Assembly: GCF_001194135.2 (NCBI RefSeq)
Contig: NC_068998.1
Coordinates: forward strand, 54,856,534-54,920,533
Source: Octopus bimaculoides
Lineage: Eukaryota
Direction of reading: 5' to 3'
DNA length: 64,000 nucleotides
Part shown: positions 36,917 to 49,400 of the stretch, one piece after another
Numbering within the stretch: position 1 is the stretch's first letter
How the letters are laid out: each line of letters opens with the position of its first letter
Program-made: the position numbers and the translations under genes
Notes under the pieces: model-generated
What the model saw: the letters and a program-made list of their open reading frames with translations, nothing else
What the model was told of the DNA's origin: nothing
Database searches by the model: none

Positions 36917-38415
36917 AACTTTTTTAATTTCTTCCTTTTTTGGTTTTTTTGAATGAAATTCTGAATGTGTTTTTGCTGTTGATAACCGAAATATCAATGA
37001 ATCTCAGCTTTGCTAACTATTTTTATGACCAGCAGAAACTGTTAGCGTTGTTGTTCTTCTTCTTCTTCTTCCATTCACGCAAACTAGCCAAGGAATGCAA
37101 GTTTTATTTATTAACTTTATACTAAATTTGGCTTCAATTTAATTTGTTTCTTTTTTCTTTTTTTACTTTTTTTTTTTTTTCTTTTTTTGTTCCCTCTTGA
37201 TTTCTGTTTCTAATTTGAAATTGTTTTAATGAAATGGCTTCCATTGTAGAAACGTTCAGTTTGTCCTCAGTTGTGTTATTGCTTGGTTTGTTTGTGTTTG
37301 TTTCTATGCTTCCTGAAGGTGTAGCAAAATAGATGGTTAAGGTTGGTGTCACTTCTGATTCCGAAATAATAGCAACACAATAATCTGCGTGTTTAAAGGC
37401 TTTTTCAGTGCAATTATCTAATCTGTAATCTATCAAGCTTAATATAGCAATTCTGTAATATTGAGCTTAATCACATTGCTTAACCCTTGAAGGATCATAA
37501 TTCTAACGAATCAACATATGTATTTCAGTTAATTTGACAATAATTAAGAATTTGAATAAGTTTTGTAAAGTAACTTTTTTTTTTTTTACATGATGATATA
37601 AGGTGATGTTTGAACTTGAAACTTAATGGAAAGTTCTGATGGAATTTTCATATCGAAACCACTAATGAAATCATTATGGTGGTTTAACGAGATATGTCAC
37701 ATTTTTAATTAGGGGCAGGTTGGTAACCCACAAGTGGAGGAGGGATCCTCAAGCTATTCAATGACAAATGGTGAAAATCTTTTTTTTTTCTTGGGAATGT
37801 TCTTTAATTTTCTTTTATTCAGTTTCAGCTTTCATATTTTTTATAATTACAGATTTTTTTTTTATTGTTATGGAATTATTTTATATTTTTGACTATTTAG
37901 AAATATTAATTATTATATTTTCAGAGATAAATTATGATATCAGGTGGTTAGAAACGTCAGCCTGTGTTGGTCAAAGACATTTGCTCTGTTCATCAGTCCT
38001 GAACTGGAATATTACACAGCTACTGAAACGAAGCGCTCAAACACTCTCCGTTTCCTCCAATCCTCAGAGACACATCTAACATACATTCACCAGCAATTCT
38101 CCAACTTTTTCATTGTTATTTTCAAGTGACTCATAAAACAATTGAACGTGAAAAATGAATTTTGCAGAAAGTAAGCCTGAGACGATGCCTCTGACTGCTT
38201 TCCAGTTTTTTTTTTTTTTTTTTTTTTTTGTCCTTTGCTTAATGACAAAGTCAATTTGTCATCTGACACCAATTCCAGCTGTTTTGTATAACTCAACACA
38301 TTTGTAAACTGTAAGATCTTCCTGTGGACTTTCTGATTTGTTTTAAACGTAACAACATCATTGTATTATAGTCCATCTCTTTCATGAGAATAATTTGGAA
38401 CTTCTCATAATTTAC

Positions 38416-38459
<44 letters not shown>

Positions 38460-39117
38460 GACATAAATGCTTACATCTATACACATACAAATAAATTCAT
38501 GTATGACGTAGGCATTCAATGCTATAGATATATGTGTGTGTTTGTGTGTACACAATCATACACGCATATATATATACCTACATACATACATATATGTATG
38601 TATAATATAATTCCTCTACAAATGAATTAAACTTTGCTTCAAAATTAAAAATTTTGCAACATAAACATTAAACAGTCTTGTTTTGTTTTTTATTTCTTGA
38701 AGTAGAATCTTTTATATCATTGTCATTTTTTAAACGAGTTAAATTTTTAAAAATACTCTTAGGGTGGGCTCTTATTATTTATTTTTTTAAGTCTCCAAAA
38801 GAAGAAAAGCCATGCTCAGAGCCTGATGGTCCAGTTCCCAGATCTGATGTGCAGTTGTTAGAGGAATGAAGAAACTGCTTTGTGAAATGTTTAAGTCAGT
38901 GCATTGAAGGAATACATATATAAGGTGTTAGGGTTCCACAACAAAGTAATCTCTGAAATTTGAGGTCAGGTATCAAATTACTGGACCACATGAAAGTCAC
39001 TAAAAGAGTCAGGGCCCAGTTAATTAAAAGGAGAGTTAACCTAGATGAGATGCAGAGACATTGATTGATGTTCTCTTTAAAGTTTGGCAACTACAGAAGT
39101 ATTTAGCAAAAGGTAAA

Positions 39118-39570
39118 CCACTGTTGACCTGAAGAAAGCCTTTTACAGGGTGCCTCAATCCCTCATCTGGTTGTTATTGTGAAAGCTAGGGAGAGATGTT
39201 CAAGGATGTCGTTGGCAAAGTAAATACAGCAGTGAATTTAGTGTGCAGGTAGTTCATCAGGATTCAGTTATCAGTCCCCTCTTATTACAGTCCTCTAGGT
39301 CATAAGAGGGGAATTTAAGACTGGTTGCCCATATGAACTCTATACTAATGGCCTTATTATAGCTGAAAGTGTGGAAGAATTAGATTTAAAATTTCAAGTA
39401 TGGAAACAAAACCTGGAATCAAAGGGTCTTAAGGTTAATTTTATAATTAGCAGGAGAGCAGACATAACACTAATCCCTTCAGGTAAATGACTCTGTTTCA
39501 TATGTAGAAATTCCTTATGGTGTGCTCAGTGGAAACTATGGACACATAAGAGGTGCAGTGGAATCGAAAC
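39118..39570 (+). mobile_element. RTE-clade LINE RT remnant
   Basis: DLKKAFYRVPQSLIW..L*KLG, VHQDSVISPLL, EFKTGCP.EL and ESVEELDLKFQVWKQNLESKGLKVN. Confidence 0.85.
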
Positions 39571-39578
39571 TAGCTTAA

Positions 39579-39791
39579 CCCTTTAGCATTCAGATTACTT
39601 CGTCAAATGTAATGCTTATTTATTCACACTGGTTTGAATTAATTATGTGTTACTTTGTAGCTTTGGAATTTTGATGAGATAATTGTATATTTTAAGAATA
39701 TCATAGGGTAGGTGCGAGAGATGAGAACTGGTTGGTTTAAGCATAAAACAGAATATTTGAGCCAGATATGGCTGCTTTAAATGCTAAAGGG
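39579..39791 (+). mobile_element. piggyBac-like MITE (213 bp), perfect 12-bp TIRs, TTAA TSD
   Basis: TTAA|CCCTTTAGCATT...AATGCTAAAGGG|TTAA. Confidence 0.85.
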
Positions 39792-42486
39792 TTAACAGAG
39801 GAATTGGAACTTGCTTGTGGCAGATGTGTAGGAGCAATAAATAATAAAAGTACACAGGAATTAGATGTTCTGAAATGCTGACGAGGCTCCCTAGAAGTAG
39901 TAGATTGTTTCTGATATCTAGGTGACCAAATTAGCAGTGTAGGAGGATGCTCTGAAAGGATAGTTGCTCCTAAACGTTTATTTGATTTGTCTTTCATTCT
40001 CATAAGTTAGGACATGTTTTCTGTCCTTATTAGAAATCAAGTAATTAGAAGAAGCAACACAACTAAATTCTTGACTGTGTGTGGAGTTTTTTGGGGTTTT
40101 TTTCTTTCCGAAATGTTGGTCATGGACATTAAGTCTTCTCCAAGAAGGAACTTACCATCTTTGAGAGACAGGAGATGGAATTTCAATTATTAAAGATAAT
40201 ATTCTCTTTCCCATCATTACCTTTCTCTCTCTCTTTCCATTCAGAGAATATGACATTTCAATGACACATTCCCAAAGCATTTTCCTGTTAATAATTCATG
40301 CCACCACAAGTGCGTTTATAAGTTAGCAATTCTGTCTGTTTGGTTTATGGATGTCTTTTGCACACTTTGAAAGGTGTTGGTAACACAGTTCTGAGCTGTG
40401 AAGAAATCAATAAATGTTTCTTTTGACATTTTTGCCAAACAAAAAAAATAAAGGAATCGGTCGAAGGTCATTTGTTTGTTTTTGCTTTCAATATTGAAAA
40501 TTGTTTTTTCTTCGTTTGGCATAAAGCCAAGTTTTGCAGCAAAAGAGGAAGGACATTGTTGAATTCATCCCCAAAGACCTTAGATGTTTGAGGGAAGTGA
40601 AATAGCATTGATCAGGGATTGAAACCTCAACTCGGTTATCATCTTCAGACCATTCTCTCTCATTAATGAGGTTCTCAGTACTTCCTTGATATGCTTCACC
40701 GACTGGCAAAACAAAGAACAGTTTATGTTGATAAACAAGATCTAGAGCTGTTTAACACCCCATCAACTCTGGAGACTTAGCCAAAGTGCTGCTGTGCTGT
40801 GGAATTGAACCTGAAACCAAATAACTGCAAAGTGAATTTGTCTTAACCACACAGCTTTGCCTGTTTACTGAAGCATTGTGTTTAAGAAGTCAAGGTTTTA
40901 GGTGAAGGGAGATTGCACAAAGTTGTTAAAAAATGTTTTTCACAAGGAACCAAAAGAATTGGTTGCAGTTTGAAAAGTAGGAAAGCTTGTGCAATGGAAG
41001 CATTCTTCATGGTTTGCATGATGGTTTCTCAAAGAGTTTGTAGAGGTGAGGACTTCTACTAAGCATTGATTGTTATGTTGTGATGTTCAGGTATTTCCTG
41101 AAAATTGATGTTGTTTGGTCCATGTTGGACTTGATAAAGGCAAATTATAATCAAAGATTACACCTGTGACTACCAACTCACCTTTGTATCTCAAATGTTT
41201 TGTATCTTTTTAAAGCCAGTGTGATGTTGTTTAGGGGAACCTTTTGCTACTATTTCTAGCAGGCTGGGTGACCTTGTAAAGACACTTTGTTAACTTGTTT
41301 TCCCTGAAGTAAAATGACTTTAATCAAAAGCTGACTCCAGATCAAAGACTCCAGAGATTAACAACAACAACCACAACAACAACAAAATGGCAAAGAATTA
41401 AATATCCGAGAACAAACGAGCAGTGACTGCAGTAATAGCAGCAGCAGCAGTTTTCTGTCACAGCTCACTGAACATGAGTCATGCATAAATAGCAGCAATA
41501 GTAGTAGTTTTATGTTATTTAACTGTTTCTACAGCAAGTCCAACCATGACCATCTCCTCTTGCTTTTATTCATACATTGTAATATCTAAGACTAAACCAG
41601 CCAAAATGTTGTTTTGCAAAGAAGGTAATTTAGCAGATTTTTCTCATGCGTTGAGGTTCTTTTGTTAATTCTGATCATGTTGTGAGTGCAACCCTGAAGT
41701 AGGGGTGTCAAAAGGGATCGAAAATTTGTCAAGGGAACTAAGTAATGTAGTAGTGGTGGTGGTGGTTTTTCTGGACATACATTGACTCCATTATTGAAAG
41801 AGTATCACATATTTTTAGAGTAGTAGAGAGAGGAGGAAAAGCAAGAGAGAGAGAGAGAGGGAGAAATGAGATGAAAGGAATTAAAGAGCATTGCCATTAA
41901 TGTCAGTGAATTCTATCTGGCATGAAATCTACCAAATCACTTACCAAACCTGATTTCTGCAGAATCCTCAAAAGCCGATATTTTACCCAATAACCTTTCT
42001 TTGATATTTCCTCTTTTTTGCATGAATGCCTTCATTTTAAAATATTCTACTTCATCAATGCATTACTCTCTCACCATTAGCTGTTATTTCTAGCAGAATT
42101 CACAGATTTTTCTTTATTCATTATTTTTATTATTTTCCTTTATAATCGTTACACTTTTTATCAGGTTACAATTGTGGCCAAGCTGGGGCATCACCTTGGA
42201 GAGGTCTTGTTGATCATATATAATCTAACATTTATTTCAGTCTAATCTGTCTTTTATTGAAACCGCTTTGTCAAACTGCTAAGTTATGAGACATGAAAGA
42301 AGACAACAAGAATAATAACACCATTCTTTTTAAATTGGTGGAAGCATAAACATAGATACATGTTTACACATACATACATGCACATATATTCATATTATAT
42401 ATATACATATATACCTATATATTTATATATATATATATATACATACAAATATATAGGTATATATATATATATATATTTATATTCAC

Positions 42487-42523
<37 letters not shown>

Positions 42524-43068
42524 CACACTGCACATGTGTATGTGTGTGTGTGTATGCAGTTCTGCACACAATTTCCATTGACTAAATTCTACCGACAACT
42601 TATGCATCAACCCACAGCCATTATGATGTAAGATACTTCCTCAAGGTGTTCTGCGGCAGCATTAAACCATATACAATGCTTTTCAAATATACACCTACAC
42701 CCTGAATACGATTTATAGCACATAAAACATTATTTATCAAACACAATATTCCACTGAAAGTCCGGTTGTGTTTGTTCTGACATTTTACTCCTGAGACAAA
42801 CGTATTCACATAAACACAAACGCATCTGTATGGGAATGCCAATGTTCTTGTAGGTACATGTATGTGTCTGTGACTATGTTCACACACACACACACACACT
42901 ATCTGTTGGAATCCTGCTGCTATTTTCGATATGACATGACTGTTCTTAATCTACAAAAGTGTTATGGTACAGGTGTAATTCTTCAGTTTGATGTCAGCAG
43001 GTGTGTCTGCAATAGCACTTCTCCAAGAATATAAACAATTCTATAAGCAAACCAATGATATAAATATA

Positions 43069-43110
<42 letters not shown>

Positions 43111-43444
43111 GCCTCTATATATATATATATACACACACACACACTCTCATATGCATACATACATACATATATTTATACATACACACACACACATATATAC
43201 TTATTTGTGTGGGTGTGTAATAAATGAATATTCTTAGTGTTCTTTTATTCTTTTACTAGTTTCAGCTGGAGACTGAGGCCATGCTGGGGCACTGCCTTTT
43301 AGTGCAATTGGTTTTCTTTCCTGTATTGTAGCAAGTTGCATGGAGCTATATTTTTTTTTTTTTTTTGTGCCTCTTTTTGTGATGTTGGTTCCTTCGATAT
43401 CTCAGATGTTCTTTGAAAACCTCCACAGAATGCTGAAAAGTTGT

Positions 43445-43600
43445 GGTTCCATTGGCTGGAACTGTCTGATTTCTGCCTTTTGAAAAGTCATGCAACCACT
43501 TTTCTAGTTTTCCAGCGATTCCAAGGTCATGCACTTTGTGACATATAATTTCTTATTCAACTTTGTCAAAGGCCTTGACTACATCACATCCACATTTGGT
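43445..43600 (-). mobile_element. CR1-like RT fragment
   Basis: VDV...KAFDKVE*EIICHKVHDLGIAGKLEKWLHDFSKGRNQTVPANG, resembling KAFDKV.H..L..KL...GI.G....WI..FL..R.Q.V. Confidence 0.8.
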
Positions 43601-43781
43601 TGATGAGGGTAGGTCATCCAGCTGTGGAAACCATCCAAAAGTAGACAGTAGAGTCTGGTGCAGCCCTCTGGCTTGCCAGCTCCTCTCATACCACCCGACC
43701 CATGCCAGCATGGAACGCGGACATTAACTGATGATGATGATGATGATGATGAAGATAATGATAATGGTAATAATAATAATA

Positions 43782-43955
43782 AGAGAAAGCATACGATGCT
43801 GCATCATAGACATAGCATGCCCAGCTGACAACAAGGTATGCGATAAGGAAGAAAGAAAAGTCGAGAGATATGACAGGTTAGCTTGGGAGGTAAAGCAGTT
43901 GTGGTCGGTGAAAAAAGTGGTAGTAATACCAATAATTGTCTGAGTCCTGGGAACT
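43782..43955 (+). mobile_element. R4/Dong-like non-LTR retrotransposon restriction-like endonuclease fragment
   Basis: CCIIDIACPADNKVCDKEERKVERYDRLAWEVKQLWSVKKVVVIPIIV*VLGT matches the REL pattern IIDIA.P.D.....KE.EK..KY..L..E...LW....V.VIPIV.G.LG. Confidence 0.8.
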
Positions 43956-44171
43956 GTTATGATCTCAAGATGGCTTCATCAAACTTCACCTGAGATTAAA
44001 CAACAACAACTGCAACAGCAACAACATTGTGTTGACTTTGTTTTATTGACTCTGGTTGAATCCACATGACTCAAGTTTGACTCTTTTACTAGTTTAATCC
44101 AAAATCATTTATGATTTAACTAATCCTCCATGAACAAAAATAGGTTTGCAAGGCCACTACAGTTAGTAGCA

Positions 44172-44648
44172 TGTGTGTGTGTGTGTGTGGTTGTGTATGT
44201 ATTTGTGTGTGTGTGTGTGGTTGTGTATGTATTTGTGTGTGTGNNNNNNNNNNNNNNNNNNNNNNNNNNNNNNNNNNNNNNNNNNNNNNNNNNNNNNNNN
44301 NNNNNNNNNNNNNNNNNNNNNNNNNNNNNNNNNNNNNNNNNNNNNNNNNNNNNNNNNNNNNNNNNNNNNNNNNNNNNNNNNNNNNNNNNNNNNNNNNNNN
44401 NNNNNNNNNNNNNNNNNNNNNNNNNNNNNNNNNNNNNNNNNNNNNNNNNNNNNNNNNNNNNNNNNNNNNNNNNNNNNNNNNNNNNNNNNNNNNNNNNNNN
44501 NNNNNNNNNNNNNNNNNNNNNNNNNNNNGTTGTGTATGTATTTGTGTGTGTGTGTGTGGTTGTGTATGTATTTGTGTGTGTGTGTGTGGTTGTGTATGTA
44601 TTTGTGTGTGTGTGTGTGGTTGTGTATGTATTTGTGTGTGTGTGTGTT
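44172..44648. repeat. 30-bp compound (GT) minisatellite spanning the 44244-44528 gap
   Basis: Unit TTGTGTATGTATTTGTGTGTGTGTGTGTGG on both sides of the gap. Confidence 0.9.
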
Positions 44649-45000
44649 TACATCATATATGCTGCTGCTGTGTGTGTCTGTCTGTGAATTTGTGGGATGT
44701 GTGTGTGTGAGTGTGAGTGTGTGTGTGCATGCTGTATATCAGCAGCGTTAATGCCACTTGATAAACTCCATAATTTCCATTCCAATATGATAAATGATAA
44801 ATATGTGTCACTTTTATTAGAAACACGTCAGGTAAGCTAACAAAAGAATCTATACATGGCCATTCAACCTGCTAGACATAGCAGACAAATCTCCTTCATA
44901 TCAGAAGTAAATGAAGGAAAGGCACATTGTATAAAGATCCTTGATGGATCGGTTATTTAAAACTGATGATGAGTTGAGACTCACAAGACATTGGTCAGCC

Positions 45001-45240
45001 CAGAACTAAAGGAGAAGTCACTTGCCCAAGGTGCTATGCAATGGGACAGAACTAAAGGAGAAGTCACTTGCCCAAGGTGCTGTGCAATGAGACAGAACTA
45101 AAGGAGAAGTCACTTGCCCAAGGTGCTGTGCAATGGGACAGAACTAAAGGAGAAGTCACTTGCCCAAGGTGCTGTGCAATGGGACAGAGCCTGGAACCAT
45201 GTGGCTGCAAAGCCAAACTTCTCAACCACACAGCCATGCC
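45001..45240 (-). repeat. Four 46-bp tandem units embedded in a family A SINE
   Basis: CAGAACTAAAGGAGAAGTCACTTGCCCAAGGTGCTGTGCAATGGGA starting at 45001, 45047, 45093 and 45139, followed by the SINE head (GAACCATGTGGCTGCAAAGC...CCACACAGCCA). Confidence 0.9.
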
Positions 45241-46219
45241 TTATACAGATTTCATACATAGATCAAATGTATTTAGTATTAATTATTAAAATATTTAATG
45301 AGCAATTTAAACTAGGGCCAACGTTTCACATCTGGCTGGGGTCATTTACAAGCTTTGTATGNNNNNNNNNNNNNNNNNNNNNNNNNNNNNNNNNNNNNNN
45401 NNNNNNNNNNNNNNNNNNNNNNNNNNNNNNNNNNNNNNNNNNNNNNNNNNNNNNNNNNNNNNNNNNNNNNNNNNNNNNNNNNNNNNNNNNNNNNNNNNNN
45501 NNNNNNNNNNNNNNNNNNNNNNNNNNNNNNNNNNNNNNNNNNNNNNNNNNNNNNNNNNNNNNNNNNNNNNNNNNNNNNNNNNNNNNNNNNNNNNNNNNNN
45601 NNNNNNNNNNNNNNNNNNNNNNNNNNNNNNNNNNNNNNNNNNNNNNNNNNNNNNNNNNNNNCACCATTCTATCTCTTTCCTACTCACAAATACACACACA
45701 CACACACATTCTGAACAATAACACTGTTGGCTATATAAGTTTCTAATGAGTCAATCACTATTGCATTGTAAAGTGAATCTGTCAAATGAGAGTCTGTGGA
45801 CTTCATTCATTAAACTCTTTTTTTTCACCTTTGTTTTTGACTACACAACCATCTTTGTGGAACTACATAATATGTACATATATATACACACACACACACA
45901 TTTACATAATATCTATCTATCTCTCTATATATATGTATATATATATTAAATAGTTGTTGGTTATGACCAGATAGAAAACTACCGTTGGTTTCACATCAAT
46001 TATTACTCTTAGCAGTATAGGTCACTCATCAGAGTTGGTGAGTGGCTGGAGGCACATAAACTCTTTTCTAATGGAATACAGACTTGGTCAGCTTGGTAGT
46101 GAAAAAAAAAAACCAATACAAAATTCTTTGAAGCGAAAACCCCTTTTGAGTGAGGCTGAGTTATCTCCCTTTGACCGCTTTTAGCTGTATTTACCCCCAA
46201 AAAGGATCAGTTTTTGTTC

Positions 46220-46470
46220 ATCTTTTCTGTTCACGAGTCAGCAATCGGGGAAACTCATGTCTTCAATACGAATTTTTCTCTTATGACAAAACACTTCACT
46301 CTTTGAATTTAAGGAGGCCTGGAAACCAAGCGAAGTTTTTAGGGTTCTTGCCCTCTTGCCCAAGCAAAATTTGCATCATCTGCTTCTGTTGATATATGGT
46401 TCAAGCTGTTTCAGGAGCTTCCATTTTTATCCTGTATGGCATTCCCATTTTGTTTTTAAAACATATTTAA
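46220..46470 (-). mobile_element. Penelope-like element GIY-YIG C-terminal remnant
   Basis: KWKLLKQLEPYINRSR*CKFCLGK...SLNSKSEVFCHKRK resembles the PLE pattern W.IL....PY...S..C.LCL.EK...LN.RSE....CRH. Confidence 0.7.
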
Positions 46471-49400
46471 ATAAATACCAATTTTACACACATTCACAGC
46501 ACATAAGTAGTTAATGGCTGTCAACTCGTAGACGAGTGTGACCATCACTCAAAGCAATGCCTGTGCAAAATATCGCCTTCCAATAAGGCAAACACCTCGT
46601 AAACCGTTCCCATCTAATCGACATGATCCAGAGGCAAGCCGAGGAAAGGTATCTAATGCTAACGACGAGCTAGCAATAACACAGGCGCTAAGGAATTTCG
46701 GGTTGGTATCTGGCGTGCTCGAAGACAACTGGGAGGAGGCACTTCTCAGCTTTTGCTAAAACATGTCTCTAGGACGCAATACCAGTTACACAGGGAAGGA
46801 CATTGCACACACACACAAGTGCGTGTGCATAGACCATATCTACACACACTTTAAACATCTCTAACATTTACCTTTGGGAAAGAAGCATCAAGTATTTAGA
46901 ATATGTATGCATGGATGTTCTTTCTGTAGAAAAAGACCTACATTACTTATATCAACGTATGATTTGCACAATTTCCACAGTTAAGAAATATCGCAATAGG
47001 GAATGCGTTTATATCTTTATTGTAATGTAGTCATTCTTTATTCAACAGATCGCACAGCATAACCTAACTGAAAATATTACATCGTAGAGTATCTTTTCTT
47101 AAAATTCAAACATATAATATCGAATGTGTATCTTTATGGTTACCGACACCCGAACTGGATTCGACAAACCCAGTAAATGTTTTTTTTTTAAAGTTCTAAT
47201 AAGCTAATTAGCCGATGACATGTTAGTTCGTCGCCATGGCTCAAATAGGAAGAAGATAGAAATACAACAATTTATTCTTATTTCCGCATGCTTCACATAA
47301 CGCAACAACCTTGTGAGCAGAAAGCAGGGGCGAGAGTGATTTGATGTCTCCTGTAAACCAGCCCTGCATAAAGGGACGAATAAGGGGAAAGATTTTCAAA
47401 TGTATTTTATAACTAAATCAACAATTGTTCGAGAATCATCGATTTTTACCTTTCAGAACCTAAAAAAGAAAAAAAGCAGAAGGTATCACTTATGCATGCG
47501 AATGAATGAATGAAAAAAATTGTTCTTGATATAAAAATACGGGATTTCGTGACTAAATAACAATTGCATAAAATCCTTTCAGAGCAAGATACTGTTGTTT
47601 AGAAACTTAGAAATTAATATCACGTTTTGTTATATTTAAATTTTAATTATAAAAAATGAAAAACAATTATAATGGCATTTCTACAGTTTAATGCTTCGAC
47701 TTAGTTTCCTCTAACTTTCTAGAAATACATGTTTTTTGTTTAATGAAATTCTGCAATGACACCTTTTCGAGGGCGTAAATTACGAATACATTGATAAACT
47801 TTGGGCGGAAAAAAGGCATTTTTAAAAAGGAATTTCGTTTCACCTTTAACCTAATTTTATTACCAATTCCCGCAACTTGAGCCCTTTTCCATTTTCTTCC
47901 TCGGATAAATATCTGACTAGTCAACATTAAACGTAGTTTACACTTTCGAAAATATATTTCAGCAAAACGCCATTTAAAGATATGCATTTTAATAAGTTAG
48001 TAGGTCATTAAATCGGTGAGTAACTGATCTGAAATCCGTCTAAAAAATTCCCTTTTTTCTTTTCTTTTATCAACATAATCATAATCTACGTTTCCAAAGA
48101 CCTATTTTCAAGCTGCGCTTTTTAGAAAGCTTTGAAACAAGTCAGCCAAAGTGCGGGTAGCAGCAGACGGTAGTTATGGCGTTGCTCGTGACCAAATCGC
48201 CAAGAAATATATTTCTGACCATAAACTTTTATTATGCAACAACCTGTGTTTATTAAAAGATCAGGGAATGTATTGGTCTCCTTAAAAGTGCAATGTGAAA
48301 ACTGATGGACCTTATGTTGACATTGAGGAGAATCAATAAATTTAGTTGGGCGTCTGAAAACAAAACGCCTTGCAGTATTTAGTTGTGTCCCTTTGTACAG
48401 TGAGTTCAAATCCCACCAGGGTCGATTTTCCCGAGTTCCCTTAGAAATCCTTTCGGGATTTGATCAAATAAATAGCATTTCAGCACAAAGTTCATAATCG
48501 ATTTATTGATCTCTAACTTTTCCCTTCATCGCCGATTCCATGGCGTTGTGTTGTGATGTTTTAGAAACCATTCAACATCAGCAACAACGCCCATCATCAT
48601 CAACAGCCTTCCAGTCGGCAGAGCATCCGCTTGACAGTGCTTGGTGGTGGTCAGCTGAGACCCTGTGAGGCAGCAGCAGGAGCAGCTGTTGATTTCAGAA
48701 GAGTGCTGGAGGAGGAGGAAGAAAAACAGTACAACATCAGCAGCAGCAGCAGCAGTAGTAGTACTGATAGAGGGTGATGCAGCAACAGTAGAAGTAGTAG
48801 TACTACTACTTCTAGTGGTGGTGGCAACGTTACTGAGAGAGAGACAGCTTCTCACGGCTGTTTATGTATCTTGTCTGCTTTTATTTATTGTAACATTCAT
48901 ACAATAAACACAGACACACATACCTATACATACATACACACACACATATACATATATATATATATATATATATCATATATAAGCACACGCACACACACGT
49001 TTTTTTTTTACCTATGTGGAGAGGAAAGCTAATTAACGAGGTGAGATCTTCCCAGCTTCACTGCGACAGGAGAAGAAATGAGAAGAGGTAAGTGGCAAAG
49101 AAACGTGTTGCTGCTAATATTTATGTTATTCTCGCTTCTTCTTTCCTAAACTTCATCTTCGACTGCCGCATTTCATGGCACACACACGCACACACATTCA
49201 CGATATATATGTATATGATATATATGTGTGTGTGAATATTTGTCTCTTTGTCCATCGTTCTTGTGCGGTTCCTGTCGTTGTTTCCTCCCAACTGGAACCA
49301 CCGCTACCTTCTTTTTTCATCGGATGCTTTTTCCCTCCGCTGGTGGGAGCGATAACCCTTTTCTTTGTCATACAATACACACGCGCATATATATCATATA

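Noticed and set aside
45001-45188. Regular direct repeats resembling a CRISPR array
   Set aside because: Units are contiguous with no unique spacers, derive from a SINE and lie in a eukaryotic genome.
46538-46759. 73-aa CpG-rich ORF (MTITQSNACAK...)
   Set aside because: GTG start, no family resemblance and no good splice context.
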